DNA from: Gemmatimonadota bacterium
Lineage (GTDB): Bacteria; Gemmatimonadota; Gemmatimonadetes; Gemmatimonadales; GWC2-71-9
Reading direction: 5' to 3'
DNA: 64,000 nucleotides
Assembly (NCBI GenBank): GCA_009692185.1
Contig: SHZT01000014.1
Location: forward strand, 48-64,047
Of this stretch, positions 28,983-39,049 are shown one piece after another; position 1 is the first letter of the stretch; every line of letters begins with the position of its first letter. The position numbers were made by a program, and so were the translations under genes. Below the pieces are notes generated by a model. It ran no database searches and was not told where the DNA came from. It saw only the letters and a program-made list of their open reading frames with translations.

Positions 28983-30107
28983 GTGCTCTATGACTGGCTG
29001 ACGCCGCTGGCGGTCGACTACGGGGTGTTCAATCTCTTCACGTACATCACGTTCCGCGTGGCGGGCGCCACCGTGACCGCCATGTTCATCGCGTTCTGGA
29101 TCGGGCCGGCCGTGATCCGGTACCTGCGGCGCTACAACGTGGGGCAGGTGATCCGCTCCGACGGGCCGACGTCGCACCAGGCTAAAGAGGGAACGCCTAC
29201 GATGGGCGGCGTGATCATCTTGATCAGCACGATCGTGCCGACGCTGCTCTGGGCACGGTTCGACAACCAGCGCTACGTCCTCATCGCGCTGGTGGCGACC
29301 CTGTGGATGGGCGCCATCGGGTTCATCGACGACTATCTCAAGTTCATCGAGAAGAAGCCGCGCGGACTCGTCGCGCGGTACAAGCTGATCGGTCAGGTGA
29401 CGTTCGGCCTGGCGCTGGGGATCTACCTCGTGCTCCACCCCCTCGCGACCAATCTTCCGACGACCGCTATCACGCTCCCGTTCTTCAAGTACGCGATGAT
29501 CGTCCTGCCGCCGGTCATTTACGTCGCGTTCGTGGCCTTCGTGACGACCGCATTCGGGAACGCGGTGAACCTCACCGACGGCCTGGACGGGCTGGCGACC
29601 GGGCTCACGATCATTGCCGCCGGGGCCTTCACCATATTCGCCTATCTCTTCGGCCGCGTGGATGCGGCGCAGTACCTGCTGGTCCCGTATCTGCGCGGGG
29701 CGGGGGAGCTCTCGGTGTTCTGCGCGGCGCTCATGGGCGCGGGGGTGGGGTTCCTCTGGTTCAACGCCCACCCGGCGCAGGTGTTCATGGGGGACACGGG
29801 CAGCATTGCCATCGGCGGCGCGTTGGGCACCGTGGCCATCATGCTCAAGTCGGAGTTCCTGCTGGTGATCGTCGGCGGCGTGTTCGTCGCGGAAACCGCT
29901 TCGGTCCTCATTCAGACGGTCGTGTTCCGGTGGTACCGGCGGACCCGCGGCCGCGAGTACGCCGAGCAGCATCGCGTGTTCCGGATGGCGCCGCTGCATC
30001 ATCATTTCGAGAAGATCGGCTGGGCGGAAACCCGGGTCGTCACCCGGTTCTGGATTGTCGGATTCCTCTGCGCGCTGGCCGCACTCGCGACGCTCAAGAT
30101 CCGGTGA
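28983..30107 (+). CDS. mraY: Phospho-MurNAc-pentapeptide transferase
   Basis: TPTMGG, GFIDD, NAVNLTDGLDGL, FMGDTGS, MAPLHHHFE. Confidence 0.97.
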   Translation: MLYDWLTPLAVDYGVFNLFTYITFRVAGATVTAMFIAFWIGPAVIRYLRRYNVGQVIRSDGPTSHQAKEGTPTMGGVIILISTIVPTLLWARFDNQRYVLIALVATLWMGAIGFIDDYLKFIEKKPRGLVARYKLIGQVTFGLALGIYLVLHPLATNLPTTAITLPFFKYAMIVLPPVIYVAFVAFVTTAFGNAVNLTDGLDGLATGLTIIAAGAFTIFAYLFGRVDAAQYLLVPYLRGAGELSVFCAALMGAGVGFLWFNAHPAQVFMGDTGSIAIGGALGTVAIMLKSEFLLVIVGGVFVAETASVLIQTVVFRWYRRTRGREYAEQHRVFRMAPLHHHFEKIGWAETRVVTRFWIVGFLCALAALATLKIR

Positions 30108-31450
30108 TTCCGGACGCCTGGCGCTCCGGCGAAGTGGCGGTCATCGGCCTCGCGAGGAGCGGCGCCGCCGTCACGGCGTGGCTCCGGCGGAACGGGATCG
30201 CGGTGTACGCGTCCGACGCCGCGGATTCTCGCGAGCTGACACAGACTGCGACGGCGCTTCGAGCGGCGGGGGCCGCGGTCGAGCTTGGCCGTCATGACCT
30301 GGACCGGATCCGCCGCTCGGCGGCGGTGGTCGTGTCTCCCGGCGTCCCGCCCGACGCGGCGCCGATCTCGGCGGCCCGGGCCGCCGGCCGCGACATCATC
30401 GCCGAAATCGACGTGGCGGCTCGCGCCCTTTCCGGCACACGGGTCATTGCCATCACGGGAACCAACGGCAAGACCACCACGACCGCCCTCATTGCCCACG
30501 TGCTCAAGGGCGCCGGCGTTCGCGCCGAGGCGGGCGGCAACATCGGGCGGCCGTTCATTGAGTTGGTCGAGATCTCGCCGCCGCTCGCCTGGGCGGTTGT
30601 CGAGGTCTCGTCGTTTCAACTCCACGACGCGCCGAGCCTTGCTCCCGCCGTCGGCGTGCTGACCAACCTGTCGCCGAATCACCTGGACCGGTACCCGTCC
30701 GTGGACGAGTACTACGGCGACAAGCGCCTGCTTTTCCGCAACGCGACACCGGACTCGCTCTGGATACTGAACGGTGACGACCCCGCCGCGTTGAACCTCG
30801 CGAACGGCGTGCCGGGCACCCAGCGCCGGTTTCGGTCGCAGGGCACCGCCGATGCGTACTACGACCGCGCCAACGCCAGGCTCATGCTCGAAGGGGCCCC
30901 GCTGATGGAACGGCGCGCCCTGCCGCTCCTCGGGGACCACAACGTGGAGAATGCGCTTGCCGCGGCGCTGGCCTCCCGCGCCGCGGGGGCGGCGCCGGCG
31001 GCGATTGCCATGGGGCTTGCCTCGTTTCGCGCGTTGCCCCACCGGCTCGAGCCGGTGCGCGACGCCGGTGGCATCCTCTGGGTCAATGATTCCAAGGCCA
31101 CGAGCGTGGCCGCGACCCTCGTAGGCATGCGCGCGATGGACCGCCCGTTCATCTGGCTCGCGGGCGGCAGGCACAAGGGCGAGCCCTACACGGCGCTCCA
31201 CCCGTTCCTGAAGCGTGCGCGGCGGGCCATCCTGTTCGGAGAGGCTGCTCCCATTATCTCCAGTGACATAGACGGGCGCGTGGCCGTGGAGACTGTCGCG
31301 TCGCTCGAGTCCGCGGTTGAACGCGCGCGGGCGCTCGCCCAGCCGGGTGACGCCGTGCTATTGTCGCCGGCCTGTTCGTCGTACGACCAGTTCAACAACT
31401 ACGAGGAGCGGGGCGACCTGTTCCGGCGCCTGGTGGGAGCGCCCACGTGA
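30104..31450 (+). CDS. murD: UDP-MurNAc-L-Ala:D-Glu ligase
   Basis: SPGVP, ITGTNGKTTT, EVSSFQL, NDSKAT, LSPACSSYD. Confidence 0.96.
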   Translation: MIPDAWRSGEVAVIGLARSGAAVTAWLRRNGIAVYASDAADSRELTQTATALRAAGAAVELGRHDLDRIRRSAAVVVSPGVPPDAAPISAARAAGRDIIAEIDVAARALSGTRVIAITGTNGKTTTTALIAHVLKGAGVRAEAGGNIGRPFIELVEISPPLAWAVVEVSSFQLHDAPSLAPAVGVLTNLSPNHLDRYPSVDEYYGDKRLLFRNATPDSLWILNGDDPAALNLANGVPGTQRRFRSQGTADAYYDRANARLMLEGAPLMERRALPLLGDHNVENALAAALASRAAGAAPAAIAMGLASFRALPHRLEPVRDAGGILWVNDSKATSVAATLVGMRAMDRPFIWLAGGRHKGEPYTALHPFLKRARRAILFGEAAPIISSDIDGRVAVETVASLESAVERARALAQPGDAVLLSPACSSYDQFNNYEERGDLFRRLVGAPT

Positions 31451-32595
31451 GCGGCCCGGCGCCCGGCGAGCCGGCGCTGTGGGAGGCCCGCCTCGTGGGG
31501 GTGGTGGCGGCGGCGCTCTCGGTGTTCGGGATCGCGGCGGTGTACGGCGCCTCGTCCATCGCCGCGGTGCAAGCGGGGCACTCGGGCTACACCTTTGCCC
31601 TGAGGCAGCTGGGCGGCGTGATCGTCGGCCTTATCCTGCTCATCGTCGTGGCCCGGGTGGACTACCACATCTGGCAGCGCTTCGCCTGGCCCCTGCTGGG
31701 TATCTCGGTCCTGCTGGTGCTCATCCCCGTGCTTCCGGGCATGGGCGGCCTCGCGCCGCAGATCAATGGTTCCCGCCGCTGGATCAACCTCGGGTTTGCC
31801 ACGATTCAGCCGTCTGAAATCGCCAAGTTCACGGTGGTGGTGTGGACGGCGATGCTCGCGACCAAGAAGGGCGACACGATCCGGGAGTTCAAGCGCGGCG
31901 TGCTGCCGTTCCTGGTCGCGCTGGCGCCGCTGGCGCTGCTGATCCTCATCGAACCGGACTTTTCGACCGCCGCGCTGCTGTTCCTCCTGGCCGGCATCGT
32001 GCTGTTCACGGCCGGCGCCCGCATCGGGCACTTTCTCCTGCTCGGCATCATCGCGGTGCCGCTCGGGTGGCGGGAAATGGTGAGCGCGCAGTATCGGCTC
32101 GCGCGCGTGCTCACGTTCCTTTCGCCCGGGGCGGACCTGTCCGAGGCCAACTGGCAGATCACCCAGTCCATGATCGGCATCGGTGCGGGTGGGCTGTTCG
32201 GCGTCGGCTTTGGGCAGGGCCTGCAGAAGCTAGGCTACCTGCCGTATGCCTATTCGGACTTCCTCTTCAGCACCATCGGCGAGGAGTGGGGTTTCATCGG
32301 CACGGCGACCATCATCCTGCTGTTCGCGATGTACGTGGGTATCGGGTTTCGTATCGCGCGCACCGCGCCGGACAAGTTCGGCATGCTGCTCGCCACCGGG
32401 CTCACGGCGCTGATTGGCGTGACCGCCTTCATTCACATTGCTGTCACGCTCGCCATTGTGCCGACCACCGGCCTCACGCTCCCGTTCATGTCCTACGGGC
32501 GCTCCAGCCTCCTCATTTCGCTCCTGGCCACCGGTGTCATCATCAACATCGGCGCGCAACGGGCGGGCGGGCGGGCAAGGGAAGGGGACCGGTGA
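31447..32595 (+). CDS. ftsW: SEDS-family peptidoglycan glycosyltransferase FtsW
   Basis: NGSRRW, QPSEIAK, GEEWG, LPFMSYG. Confidence 0.95.
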   Translation: MSGPAPGEPALWEARLVGVVAAALSVFGIAAVYGASSIAAVQAGHSGYTFALRQLGGVIVGLILLIVVARVDYHIWQRFAWPLLGISVLLVLIPVLPGMGGLAPQINGSRRWINLGFATIQPSEIAKFTVVVWTAMLATKKGDTIREFKRGVLPFLVALAPLALLILIEPDFSTAALLFLLAGIVLFTAGARIGHFLLLGIIAVPLGWREMVSAQYRLARVLTFLSPGADLSEANWQITQSMIGIGAGGLFGVGFGQGLQKLGYLPYAYSDFLFSTIGEEWGFIGTATIILLFAMYVGIGFRIARTAPDKFGMLLATGLTALIGVTAFIHIAVTLAIVPTTGLTLPFMSYGRSSLLISLLATGVIINIGAQRAGGRAREGDR

Positions 32596-33683
32596 AGGTC
32601 CTCATCGCGGGCGGCGGCACCGGGGGCCATCTCATGCCCGGCTTCGCGCTCGCCGCCGCGCTCAAGGCCGCGCGACCCGACATCGAGCCGGTCATGGTCG
32701 GTGCCCGGCGGGGAGTGGACGCCACGCTCCTCCCAACGCGTCCCTGGCGACACTACCTGCTCTCGATGGAGCCGGTGTACCGCGGGGCCTGGTGGCGGAA
32801 TGTCCGCTGGCCGCTCATTGCCTGGAAACTCAGGCGCGAGTGCCGCGACGTGCTGGACCGCGAGCAGCCGGCGCTCGTGGTCGGGACCGGCGGGTATGTC
32901 TCGGGGCCGATCCTGTTTGCAGCGCACCGGAGCGGAATCCCCGTGGCGATCCAGGAACAGAACGCCTACCCCGGTTTCGCGACCCGGCTCCTGGCGCGCA
33001 TCGCGCAGCAGGTCCACTTGGGGTTCCCCGAGGCCGAGCGGCATTTGAAACCCGCACGGGGCGCTGCCGTGTTCGCGCTGGGAAACCCGATCGTGCCGCC
33101 GCCGACCGACCCTGGTTTCCGGGCACGGGCGCGCGCTTCACTCGGGATACCCGCCGACGCCCGGGTCCTGCTCGTGACGGGCGGCAGCCAGGGCGCGCGG
33201 GCCATCAACGACGCTGTTGCGGGCGCGTTCGCTGAACGCTTGCTGGAAGATGTGTACTTGCTCTGGAGCACCGGGGCAGGGACGTATGATGACTTCCGCC
33301 GGCTCGATGCACCGCCTCGGCGCCAGGTCCGGGCGTTCTGGGATCCGATCGCGGATGCCTATGCCTTGGCCGACATCGTGGTGGCTCGCGCCGGGGCCAT
33401 GACAACGGCGGAAATCTGTGCCTATGGGCTGCCGAGCATTCTCGTGCCGCTCCCTACGGCGGCGGCCGGCCACCAAACGCAGAACGCCGAGGCGCTGGAG
33501 AAAGCGGGTGTCGCGATCCATCTGCCCGAGTCCGCGCTCAACCCCGAGGCGCTGGCGCGCGAAGTTCGCGGCATGCTCGACCAGCCGGCCCGGCGAGCGA
33601 CCATGGCGGAGGCTGCTGCAGGGCGTGGCCGGCCGGATGCGGCGCAGAAGATTGTAGAGGAGCTGCTGAAGCTGGCGAAGTAG
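32592..33683 (+). CDS. murG: MurG glycosyltransferase
   Basis: GGGTGGH, GTGGYVS, QEQN, GGSQGA, ARAGA. Confidence 0.96.
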   Translation: MKVLIAGGGTGGHLMPGFALAAALKAARPDIEPVMVGARRGVDATLLPTRPWRHYLLSMEPVYRGAWWRNVRWPLIAWKLRRECRDVLDREQPALVVGTGGYVSGPILFAAHRSGIPVAIQEQNAYPGFATRLLARIAQQVHLGFPEAERHLKPARGAAVFALGNPIVPPPTDPGFRARARASLGIPADARVLLVTGGSQGARAINDAVAGAFAERLLEDVYLLWSTGAGTYDDFRRLDAPPRRQVRAFWDPIADAYALADIVVARAGAMTTAEICAYGLPSILVPLPTAAAGHQTQNAEALEKAGVAIHLPESALNPEALAREVRGMLDQPARRATMAEAAAGRGRPDAAQKIVEELLKLAK

Positions 33684-34115
33684 CTAGGCGGGCGGTGGCG
33701 TGGCGAGCTGCTCGAGAAACACTTCTGGCGTTACGATCCGCACCCGGTCGAATTCGTACATCGCGAGAAACCCCGGCTCATCCGTCACGACGAACGTGGC
33801 CAACCCTTCCCGGGCGGCGGCCAGGTACTTGTCGTCCCCCGGGTTCTTGGCGACGCCGGGGGGCAAGCGGTCGTCCACGATGTGCGTGAGGGCCAGCACG
33901 TCCTCGAACCAGAGATCCGGCGACAGGTTCCCCCGCACCCGCTTCCGCAGCTTGGGATAGGTCAGCACCTGCATCACTTCTTCCACGATTGCCGGCGTGA
34001 TCACCACTTCAAAAGACGCGTCACGAAGGAACCGCGCCAGGAGTTGCCCGGACGGTCCCTGCGGCTGCAGCACCGCGCTCGCGAACACGTTGGGATCGAA
34101 GACGGCGCGCAGCAC
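33684..34115 (-). CDS. PIN-family putative toxin (PIN_3 type)
   Basis: AVFDPNVFASA, EEVMQVLTYPK, DDKYLAAA, VRIVTPEVF. Confidence 0.85.
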   Translation of the reverse strand: MLRAVFDPNVFASAVLQPQGPSGQLLARFLRDASFEVVITPAIVEEVMQVLTYPKLRKRVRGNLSPDLWFEDVLALTHIVDDRLPPGVAKNPGDDKYLAAAREGLATFVVTDEPGFLAMYEFDRVRIVTPEVFLEQLATPPPA

Positions 34116-34118
34116 GGG

Positions 34119-34415
34119 CTACTTGAGCTGGCGGAGGGGCTTCTTGGCGGTCTGCTGGCGAGCGACGTGTTGCGCTTCGAGCGCGATATCCGTCGCCTCG
34201 TCCTGGGTGAGGGGCGTGTCCTTCTGCGCCTCGAGGAAATCCAGCGCGTGCCGGCGGGCGAACGAGCGCATCTGCTCCAACCGCTCCACCGGGACCAGGG
34301 CAGCAAGAGGCTGGCCCTTCCGCTCGATGATGAACTCATCGTGGCGCAGGGCGACCCGGTTCAGCAGGTCTCCGATCCTCTGCCGGACATGGGCAGTGGA
34401 AATGATCTCTGGCAT
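34119..34415 (-). CDS. Phd/YefM-family antitoxin
   Basis: VRQRIGDLLNRV...FIIERKGQPLAALVP. Confidence 0.87.
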   Translation of the reverse strand: MPEIISTAHVRQRIGDLLNRVALRHDEFIIERKGQPLAALVPVERLEQMRSFARRHALDFLEAQKDTPLTQDEATDIALEAQHVARQQTAKKPLRQLK

Positions 34416-34425
34416 CTTTGGCCTA

Positions 34426-34459
34426 TAGCAACTATAATAGTTGCTAGTGATGTAGCAAC
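34426..34459. promoter_or_regulatory. TA operator palindrome
   Basis: Perfect TAGCAACTAT-A-ATAGTTGCTA (34426-34446) plus a third half-site TAGCAAC (34453-34459). Confidence 0.75.
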
Positions 34460-34564
34460 GCAAGCATTTGGGTCAGTTGCTGGGGTTACTACACCCCTGG
34501 AAGTGACCTAAGCGCAAGGGCTTTCGTGACTTCTAAGTGAGGCATATATTTCCTGTCCAGCCAA

Positions 34565-35938
34565 ATGTTGTTCGCTCCCGAAGACCAAAGGCCAGTGCAT
34601 TTCATGGGAATCGCCGGTGCCGGCATGAGCGCTTTGGCGCTCATTGCCCGCCGTCGTGGGGTCCAGGTTTCGGGCTGTGATACCGATATCCGGGGTGCGG
34701 CAGACGTGATCAATGCGGGAGCACGGGTCGTCGAAGGTCATGATCCGGCCCATGTGGCCGGCGCCCGGGCCGTCGTCTTTACCGCGGCCGTGCGACCCGA
34801 GCATCCCGAGCTGGTGGCAGCGCGCGCACGCGGCGTTCCCGTCGTGCCCCGAGCGGAGGCGTTGAATGCCGTCTGTCGAGGGACCGTCGTGGCGGTCGCC
34901 GGCACCCACGGAAAGACCACGACGACGGTAATGACGACGGAAGCACTGACGGCCGCCGGACGACACCCTACGGGAATCGCTGGCGGCCGTGTCGCAAGCT
35001 GGGGCGGCAATGCCCGCCTGGATGGCGACGACCTGTTCGTGGTCGAGGCGGATGAGTACGCCAAGTCGTTCCTCGCCCTCACGCCCACGGTTGCGGTCAT
35101 CACCAACGTCGAGGCCGATCATCTGGAGTGCTACGGGTCGCTCGGCGCGCTGGAAGACGCGTTCGTCGAGTTCGCCGGCCGCGCTAGGCGCGCGTTGGTC
35201 AGCGCGGATGACCCGGGCGCGCTCCGCGTTGCGGCCCGGCTTTCGGTTCCGGTATGGCGGGTTGGTTTGTCACCAGACGCCGACGTCACGATCCGTGATG
35301 TTCGGCGTGGTCCATTGGGCACGTCGGCACGCGTCGGCTTCCCTGGCAGCCGGACGGTTGAGTTGAAACTACGCGTGCCCGGCGTGCACAACATCACCAA
35401 CGCGGCCGCCGCGCTCGCCGCGGTTGTCGCGTTGGATGCCGATCCCGAAGCCGCTGCAGCCGCGCTCGCCAGTTTCGGCGGCGTCGGCCGGCGCTTCGAG
35501 CAGCTGGGCGCCGCCAAAGGCGTCACCGTGGTAGACGACTACGCCCACCATCCGTCGGAAGTGCGCGCGACCATCGCCGCGGCGCGGGAACGGTTTCCCG
35601 GCCGGCGGCTCGTCGCCGCGTTTCAGCCGCACCTCTACTCCCGCACGCAATCGCTCGGCGAGGACTTGGGGCGCGCGCTGGCCGGGGCCGACCTGGCAGT
35701 GATCACCGAGGTTTACGCCGCGCGGGAGCAGCCCATCGCCGGCGTGTCGGGCGTCAACGTGGCGAAGGCCGCCGAGCAGGCGGGCGTCCGGGTCGAGTGG
35801 GTACCCGACCGCCGGACGCTTCCCTCCCGGCTTGCCGCGCTGGTAGCCGATGGCGACGTCGTGCTCACACTGGGCGCAGGGGACATCACCGAAGTCGGCC
35901 CCGACCTGCTTCGCCGGTTGACCGGCGCCGCGGCATGA
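34565..35938 (+). CDS. murC: UDP-MurNAc:L-Ala ligase
   Basis: HFMGIAGAGMS, GTHGKTTT, EADE, DDYAHHP, FQPHLYSRT, GAGDI. Confidence 0.96.
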   Translation: MLFAPEDQRPVHFMGIAGAGMSALALIARRRGVQVSGCDTDIRGAADVINAGARVVEGHDPAHVAGARAVVFTAAVRPEHPELVAARARGVPVVPRAEALNAVCRGTVVAVAGTHGKTTTTVMTTEALTAAGRHPTGIAGGRVASWGGNARLDGDDLFVVEADEYAKSFLALTPTVAVITNVEADHLECYGSLGALEDAFVEFAGRARRALVSADDPGALRVAARLSVPVWRVGLSPDADVTIRDVRRGPLGTSARVGFPGSRTVELKLRVPGVHNITNAAAALAAVVALDADPEAAAAALASFGGVGRRFEQLGAAKGVTVVDDYAHHPSEVRATIAAARERFPGRRLVAAFQPHLYSRTQSLGEDLGRALAGADLAVITEVYAAREQPIAGVSGVNVAKAAEQAGVRVEWVPDRRTLPSRLAALVADGDVVLTLGAGDITEVGPDLLRRLTGAAA

Positions 35939-36630
35939 CCGCTCGCTCGAGGATCATGCTGGCGGGAGCGGGCGCCGTTTTGGCCCTGGCCACCATCGTG
36001 TGGGGTGGGCCGGTCCTGCTTCGCCACGCGGCGTTCTTCCGCGTGCGGCAAGTCGAGTTGATCGGCGTCAAGTACCTGCCTCCCAGCGCGGTTCTCGCGG
36101 GGCTGGGCTTGTCGCCAACGGCGAACGTATTCGACAACGTCGGGGCGCTCGAGCGCCGGACGGAAGGCGTTGCGGGCGTGGTGAGCGCCCGGGTCGAGCG
36201 GCGTTTGCCGGGCACGTTGCGCGTGACCCTGGTCGAGCAGGTGCCGGTGGCGTTTACCCCGGGGCCCAATCGGCTCGTGGCGATGGACGGAGACGGCCGC
36301 TCCCTTCCGTACGATCCGGCGGCGTCGGGACTGGACCTGCCGATCGTTGCGCGGGCGGACTCGCTGCTCTTTCGCACGCTGGCCGTCGTGCGGTCCACCG
36401 ACTCCACCCTGTTTCGCGACGTGGATGGCGCGCGGCGGGTCTCGCCGGGCAGCACCCAGCTGGTCCTGGAGATGACCGGCCGGCGTCTCCTGCTCGATGG
36501 CGTTCCCGCGCCGGAGGACGTGCGCGCGGTGAGCGCGGTGCGCCGGCATCTCGCGCAGACGGGCCGGCCGTATCGCGAGCTGGATGCGCGTTACGAGGGC
36601 TGGGTGGTCGTGCGACGGAGCGTCATGTGA
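35935..36630 (+). CDS. ftsQ: Cell division protein FtsQ
   Basis: TM plus POTRA domain (ARVERRLPGTLRV), C-terminal LDARY; position before ftsA. Confidence 0.85.
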   Translation: MTARSRIMLAGAGAVLALATIVWGGPVLLRHAAFFRVRQVELIGVKYLPPSAVLAGLGLSPTANVFDNVGALERRTEGVAGVVSARVERRLPGTLRVTLVEQVPVAFTPGPNRLVAMDGDGRSLPYDPAASGLDLPIVARADSLLFRTLAVVRSTDSTLFRDVDGARRVSPGSTQLVLEMTGRRLLLDGVPAPEDVRAVSAVRRHLAQTGRPYRELDARYEGWVVVRRSVM

Positions 36631-37856
36631 AGCCGCAGGGGCTGGTCGCCGGCCTGGATCTGGGCACCACCAAGACGTGCGCGGTCATCGCCGAGGCGAG
36701 GGGCGATCACCGCCTCCCCAGCATACGGGTGCTCGGCGTGGGCACGGCCAAGGGGAGCGGAGTCCGGCGCGGCTTGGTGCGGGACCTCGAAGAAACGACC
36801 CGCTCGATTACGCAAGCGCTCAGCGATGCGGAGCGCATGGCCGGCGTGAAGGTCCCGCTCCTCTACTGCGGGATCGCCGGCGAGCACGTGGCGGCACGGA
36901 GTTCGGTGGGGCTGGGCGCGATTACCGGCCAGGAAATCTCGAAGGACGACCTGAAGCGGGTAGATGACTCGGCGCGGGCGGTAAATCTGGGAACCGACCA
37001 GGAACTGCTCCACGACATTCCCCAGGAATACAAGGTTGACAGCCAGGGCGGGATCAGCGATCCGCTGGGCATGACGGGTCTCCGGCTCGAGGTGGACATG
37101 TACCTCGTCTCGGTGCAGAGCACGGCGATCCAGAACCTGCGGAAGTCGGTGGAGCGGGCCGGGTACCGGGTGGCGGAAGTGGTACTCGAATCGCTGGCCG
37201 CGTCGCTCGCCGTGCTCGCGGAAGAGGAAAAAGAGCTGGGGTGCGTACTGGTGGAAATGGGCGGGGGCTCGACCAACGTCGCCGTCTTCCGCGATGGGAA
37301 GATCCGGTTCCTGTGGTCCTGCCCGTTCGCCAGCGGCCGGGTGACCAGCGACATCGTGCAGGGACTCCAGGTGACCCAGGCCGACGCGGAGCGCCTGAAG
37401 GAGAAGTACGGCGTGGCGTACGAGCCCCTGGTGAACCCCCAGGAAGAACTGGAGTTGCCGTCCACGCCGGGGCAGGGCGCGCGGACGGTCAAGCGCGAAA
37501 TGCTGGCCCACATCATTCACCAGCGGGTGGACGAGATCTTTCACCTGGTCAGCCAGCAAATCGAAGGCGCCGGGTTCGCGGGACGCTTGCCGGCCGGTGT
37601 GGTCTTGACCGGCGGTGGCGCGCACATGCAGGGCGTGGTGGACCTGGCACGCGAGGTGTTCGCGATGCCGGCCCGGGTGGGAGAGCCCACCCGCGGAATC
37701 AGCGGGTTGGTCGACAGTGTACAGGCGCCGCGCTACGCGGTGCCGGTGGGGTTGGCGTTATACGGCGCCCGACTGCGCGTCGGCAGCGGGGCCGAATGGG
37801 ATGGCATGGATCGACTGTTGGCGCCGGTCAAGCGGTGGCTACAGGACTTCTTTTAA
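36627..37856 (+). CDS. ftsA: Cell division protein FtsA
   Basis: GLDLGTTK, EMGGGST, AERLK, VLTGGG, amphipathic KRWLQDFF tail. Confidence 0.96.
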   Translation: MKPQGLVAGLDLGTTKTCAVIAEARGDHRLPSIRVLGVGTAKGSGVRRGLVRDLEETTRSITQALSDAERMAGVKVPLLYCGIAGEHVAARSSVGLGAITGQEISKDDLKRVDDSARAVNLGTDQELLHDIPQEYKVDSQGGISDPLGMTGLRLEVDMYLVSVQSTAIQNLRKSVERAGYRVAEVVLESLAASLAVLAEEEKELGCVLVEMGGGSTNVAVFRDGKIRFLWSCPFASGRVTSDIVQGLQVTQADAERLKEKYGVAYEPLVNPQEELELPSTPGQGARTVKREMLAHIIHQRVDEIFHLVSQQIEGAGFAGRLPAGVVLTGGGAHMQGVVDLAREVFAMPARVGEPTRGISGLVDSVQAPRYAVPVGLALYGARLRVGSGAEWDGMDRLLAPVKRWLQDFF

Positions 37857-37873
37857 GGAGCTTGGGGAATCCT

Positions 37874-39049
37874 ATGGTCTTCGAACTGGAAGAGACGGTC
37901 TTGCAGAACGCCCGGATGAAAGTCGCGGGAGTTGGCGGCGGCGGCGGCAACGCCGTCAACCGCATGATCGAGGAGCATCTCACCGGCGTCGAGTTCATCT
38001 CGGTCAACACCGATGCCCAGGCCCTGCTCAGCAACAAGGCGGACCTCAAGGTGCAGATCGGGAAGAAACTCACCCGCGGCCTCGGCGCCGGCGCGCGTCC
38101 CGAGATCGGCCGGCAGGCCATCGAGGAAAACCGCGACGATGTCCAGCGGGTGCTCGAGGGCGCCGACCTGGTGTTCATCACCTGCGGCATGGGTGGCGGT
38201 ACCGGGACCGGCGCGGCGCCGCTCATCGCGCAGGTGGCCCGTGACGTCGGCGCCCTGACCGTCGGCATCGTGACCAAGCCCTTCCTGTTCGAGGGCCGGA
38301 AACGGATGCGCCAGGCGGAAATCGGCATCGCCGAAATGAGAAAACACGTGGACACCATGATCGTTGTGTCCAACGAGCGGTTGCTCGCCGTGGTGGGCAA
38401 GAACGTGCCGTTCCAGCACGCGCTCAAGAAGGCCGACGAAGTCCTCCTCCACGCGACCCAGGGCATTTCGACGCTGATCAGCGTCACCGGCCTGGTGAAT
38501 GTCGACTTCGCCGACGTGCGGACCGTCATGCAGAACGGCGGGTCGGCGCTGATGGGCACCGGGATCGGCCGGGGTGAGGACCGCGCGATCGCCGCCGCGC
38601 AGCAGGCCATCTCATCGCCCCTGCTCGACAACGTCTCGATCAACGGTTCCACCGGCGTGCTGGTGAACATCACGGGTGGCGAGGACCTCACGCTCGGCGA
38701 GGTCAACCACGTCTCCGAGATCATCCACGAGGCGGCGGGCGACCAGGCCGAGATCATCTTCGGGGCCGTGCACGACCCGGCGATGCAAGGGGAAATCCGG
38801 GTGACGGTCATCGCCACGGGTTTCGACAAGACCCAGGCGGGGCAAGAGGGGCCGTTCGCCCGGGCCGGAACGCCGGGCGTATTGTCGTTCCCGACCGCGG
38901 CAAAGCCCCCGGCGCGTTCGTCCGGGTCCGTGGCCCAGCCGGGTAACTCCGCGCAGCCCCGGCGTCCGTCCCAGCCCCAGGCGCAACCGGGCGGACCGGA
39001 AGTCTCCGAGATGGAGATCCCGACGTTCATCCGGAGGCAAATGGATTGA
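37874..39049 (+). CDS. ftsZ: Cell division protein FtsZ
   Basis: GGGGGNAVN, GMGGGTGTG, NVDFADV, C-terminal EIPTFIRR. Confidence 0.98.
   Translation: MVFELEETVLQNARMKVAGVGGGGGNAVNRMIEEHLTGVEFISVNTDAQALLSNKADLKVQIGKKLTRGLGAGARPEIGRQAIEENRDDVQRVLEGADLVFITCGMGGGTGTGAAPLIAQVARDVGALTVGIVTKPFLFEGRKRMRQAEIGIAEMRKHVDTMIVVSNERLLAVVGKNVPFQHALKKADEVLLHATQGISTLISVTGLVNVDFADVRTVMQNGGSALMGTGIGRGEDRAIAAAQQAISSPLLDNVSINGSTGVLVNITGGEDLTLGEVNHVSEIIHEAAGDQAEIIFGAVHDPAMQGEIRVTVIATGFDKTQAGQEGPFARAGTPGVLSFPTAAKPPARSSGSVAQPGNSAQPRRPSQPQAQPGGPEVSEMEIPTFIRRQMD

Noticed and set aside
22872-39049. Absence of mraZ, murB and ddl from the dcw cluster
   Set aside because: These genes are often located elsewhere; not informative without the rest of the genome.
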